Source: Vicugna vicugna
Taxonomy: Eukaryota
DNA: 64,000 nt
Assembly (NCBI GenBank): GCA_013265495.1
Contig: MU057724.1
Span: 1,317,102-1,381,101, forward strand
Direction of reading: 5' to 3'
The first letter of the stretch is position 1, and every line of letters starts with the position of its first letter. Shown here one piece after another: positions 61,404 to 64,000 of this stretch. A program made the translations under genes and the position numbers. The notes below the pieces were generated by a model. It was not told the origin of the DNA. It searched no databases and worked only from the letters and a program-made list of their open reading frames with translations.

Positions 61404-64000
61404 ATTTTTAACATATAGCAGTTTAGGTATTTACTAAATTATAAGTCACAGGTCAAGAAAATATGTTAAAAGAAAGAAATTCATTTACAATATTTAAAGC
61501 TAGTTTTCTGAATTCTGGCTTCTCAGTTAAAATATAGCATGTGATTCAACAGAGTTGCAGAAATTTCTCAAACATACAAATAACCCTGGTAACTAAGAGC
61601 CTGAAAACAAATAGTCCGGCCTCAGATGACTAATCCTGATTCCAAAGACAGCACCAAACAGAATTTCCTAATTACATTTCACCAGTGCGAACATGATTTA
61701 CTGTTCATTCGTGTAATACATGCTGTCCACTTTCGACTTTGTACGTTAATGAGTGGCAGGAGAGAAGCTGACTTATGCATAAATTCGAAAAATGATCCTA
61801 CAAATAATATTCATATGTAAACTCGGAATGTCACATGCACAGTAAATCTCCGTTTATGATGTCAAAATAATGTAAACAGACCCGTAAACATCACAGGCTG
61901 ATTATGTGGGTTTTAAATCACTTTTACTCCATTTACAGCATCAGTAACTAATTGGAACCACTCTGTTTGCTCCCTTGTACAGTGTGTATGAATTTTATTC
62001 ACTCAGTGCTGGTTTTCCAGTGGCGTATTACAGACTTAATACTTCTACTTTTTTGAGTGGTGCTTTGTTAGACGATAAAGATGAGTACTTTATAAGTCGT
62101 CTGCATTTATAATATAAAAATTAATGAGATAATAAAACCATATAATACATTATAATATTAAAGCAGCAATATCTGTCTTAGAAAAGTCTGTGTTTAGTAA
62201 CCCAATCACTTGGCTTGAGAGTGACCAGATGATTTAAAGTCGTTCATGTATGTCCTTCTTGTTTCTACGCTGTAGACAGTCTTCTCACCCCCACGCCCAT
62301 CACGTCAGTTTCTCAGGGAACCTCCCCCCGCCAGTCACCTGCGCAGCGGCTGGGTGCCATCTGCCCGGGACCCGGGCTCTCCCCTCTGGGCGCTGGGGGG
62401 ACGCCTCGGGCTGGCCCCTCTTTTTCATTCCCCAAAGTGTCACGGGCTCTAAAGCACAGAAACCCGGTGTCCCAGCTCACTCCTCCCTGGCATGCGAGGG
62501 AGACAAGGCTGACTTTGTCCCAGTAACACTGAATTCGGCTTTGACGCGTAATCTGGTAGGTGGTGGTCTCTTTCCTCTGCCTGGACGGAACCAACCCCAC
62601 CCTTATCCTCAGAGTAACAGTCACCTTTGATGTCGATCATTGTTTTAGTTTAAAACCTTGAATACTTAAAGCCTTTGAACCTCTCCAAACAGCAGTTCAT
62701 CTTCCTCAGCGTTAATCAGTTTCAGGCTCTGATCAGATCTCTGAGCCTTTAACCAGAGTTTTCATCTTTTAATCTGACCTCAAAAAAACCTTTCCATTTT
62801 ACTTGATTGTTTCAGCTATATTTGACTTGCTAGAAATATGGATAAAGATTATTCCAGTTTTGAACATACTAGGTTTCAGTCACAAAATAAAATTTCTCCC
62901 TTGCTTGTAATAACGCACTGACTGACCTCCCCGGATGTTTTGCGCCGACCGGTGCACCGGCGCAATGAGCTAATGAATAAAGGCTTTGGGGAAGACGTCA
63001 TTTGATGACATTTATCATATTCAATTATAGTTTAAAGTCAGAAGGCTTTTCATTTTTACATCCACATTTCCAGATATAAAGTAGACTCGCATCCAAAATT
63101 TTAACTGTCATATAATGGCTTTATTTCTTCCTTGTAGATATAGCTTAGATGTAGGATTTTTCTTTGTAAACTGAATATGCAACTGAGAATAACATGTTTC
63201 TAGGAATAATGACCTACATGTTACCTGATCCTGTTCATCCAGAATGTTTGTATCTCTCCCCCTTAAGCTTCAGAAAGCACCGCGAAGTAGGTAGAGCAGG
63301 GATGTGAATCGTGCACGTGTCCTCATATGCAGCTCTTCATGTATCCACTTTGACTGGCTCCTTCTAGTTCCCTTATGGTGAAAACCTTAGTGCCTCCCAC
63401 AAGAGAGGAGGAGGAGTGATGATCACCACTGCAGGTTTCACAGGAGCTTTGCGGGAGAAAAACGTAGTTCTTAAGCTCTTTTTCACAGGGCTGGGCATGT
63501 GCTGCTAGCTCAGCGTTTTTCAATCCTTCTTTTGGTTTCAAAGACAGAAGAAAACATGTGAATAAAACAAACACCCTCTAATTCTCATTTCTTTCCTGTT
63601 GAGATCGGACATACGCCCCAAACTGCCTGCTCCCCAATTCTCTCTGCAGAGCACTTCTCCCCAGTTCCTTATATTATGACCCTGATTTTTATTCTGCAAG
63701 ATACCATGGTACTCAGTACACACAAATTCTCTAGAAAATAACGGAATTCTGTGTAACAAAAGAAACAGCCAAAATTATAGATCAGATAACAAATAGAAGC
63801 CGTCATCAGTTAATTTTTTTCCTCTATGTGCCTCAGAAAAGCCACTCCCAGAGTCGGGGTTAGCGACTATGGCTTCACTCTAGAGTAACCGAGTGTGAGG
63901 TCACGTTCCGGAGAAGACAGCCAGGTCACGCCCCGGTGCCACCAGGGTCCCGGGGCTGTTTGTCTGGTGCCTGCTGTCTCATCACACAGATGAATCAGTG

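Noticed and set aside
1..64000. CRISPR arrays, prokaryotic operons, rRNA genes, intact retroviral or L1 ORFs
   Set aside because: No repeat-spacer periodicity or RNA-gene signature was seen, and all transposon-derived frames are fragmented by stops and frameshifts.

Overview
Mammalian genomic DNA, probably camelid: there are five copies of a tRNA-Ala-derived SINE resembling the camelid vic-1 family. The window holds the last six coding exons of gamma-1-syntrophin (SNTG1) on the + strand: 9119-9235, 10345-10416, 19474-19626, 23539-23631, 30810-30920 and 39385-39543. All introns are GT-AG and phase 0, and the exons join into 234 uninterrupted codons ending ...KAKYTT*. A long AT-rich putative 3' UTR follows (to about 43.2 kb), then about 20 kb of intergenic DNA rich in L1 and LTR remnants. 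Nearly all ORF-track entries are spurious (CpG-island or repeat-derived). I see no convincing novel multi-gene system. The most interesting signals are four. (i) Very patchy GC enrichment across exons and old repeats, suggesting local GC-biased gene conversion. (ii) Intragenic CpG islands with promoter motifs and unpaired splice donors, which could make short SNTG1 transcripts. (iii) An orphan promoter-like CpG island at 48.5-49.4 kb. (iv) An unidentified retrocopy-like insert at about 53.75-54.7 kb. Repeat family names and human comparisons come from recalled consensus sequences, not from searches, and repeat boundaries are approximate.
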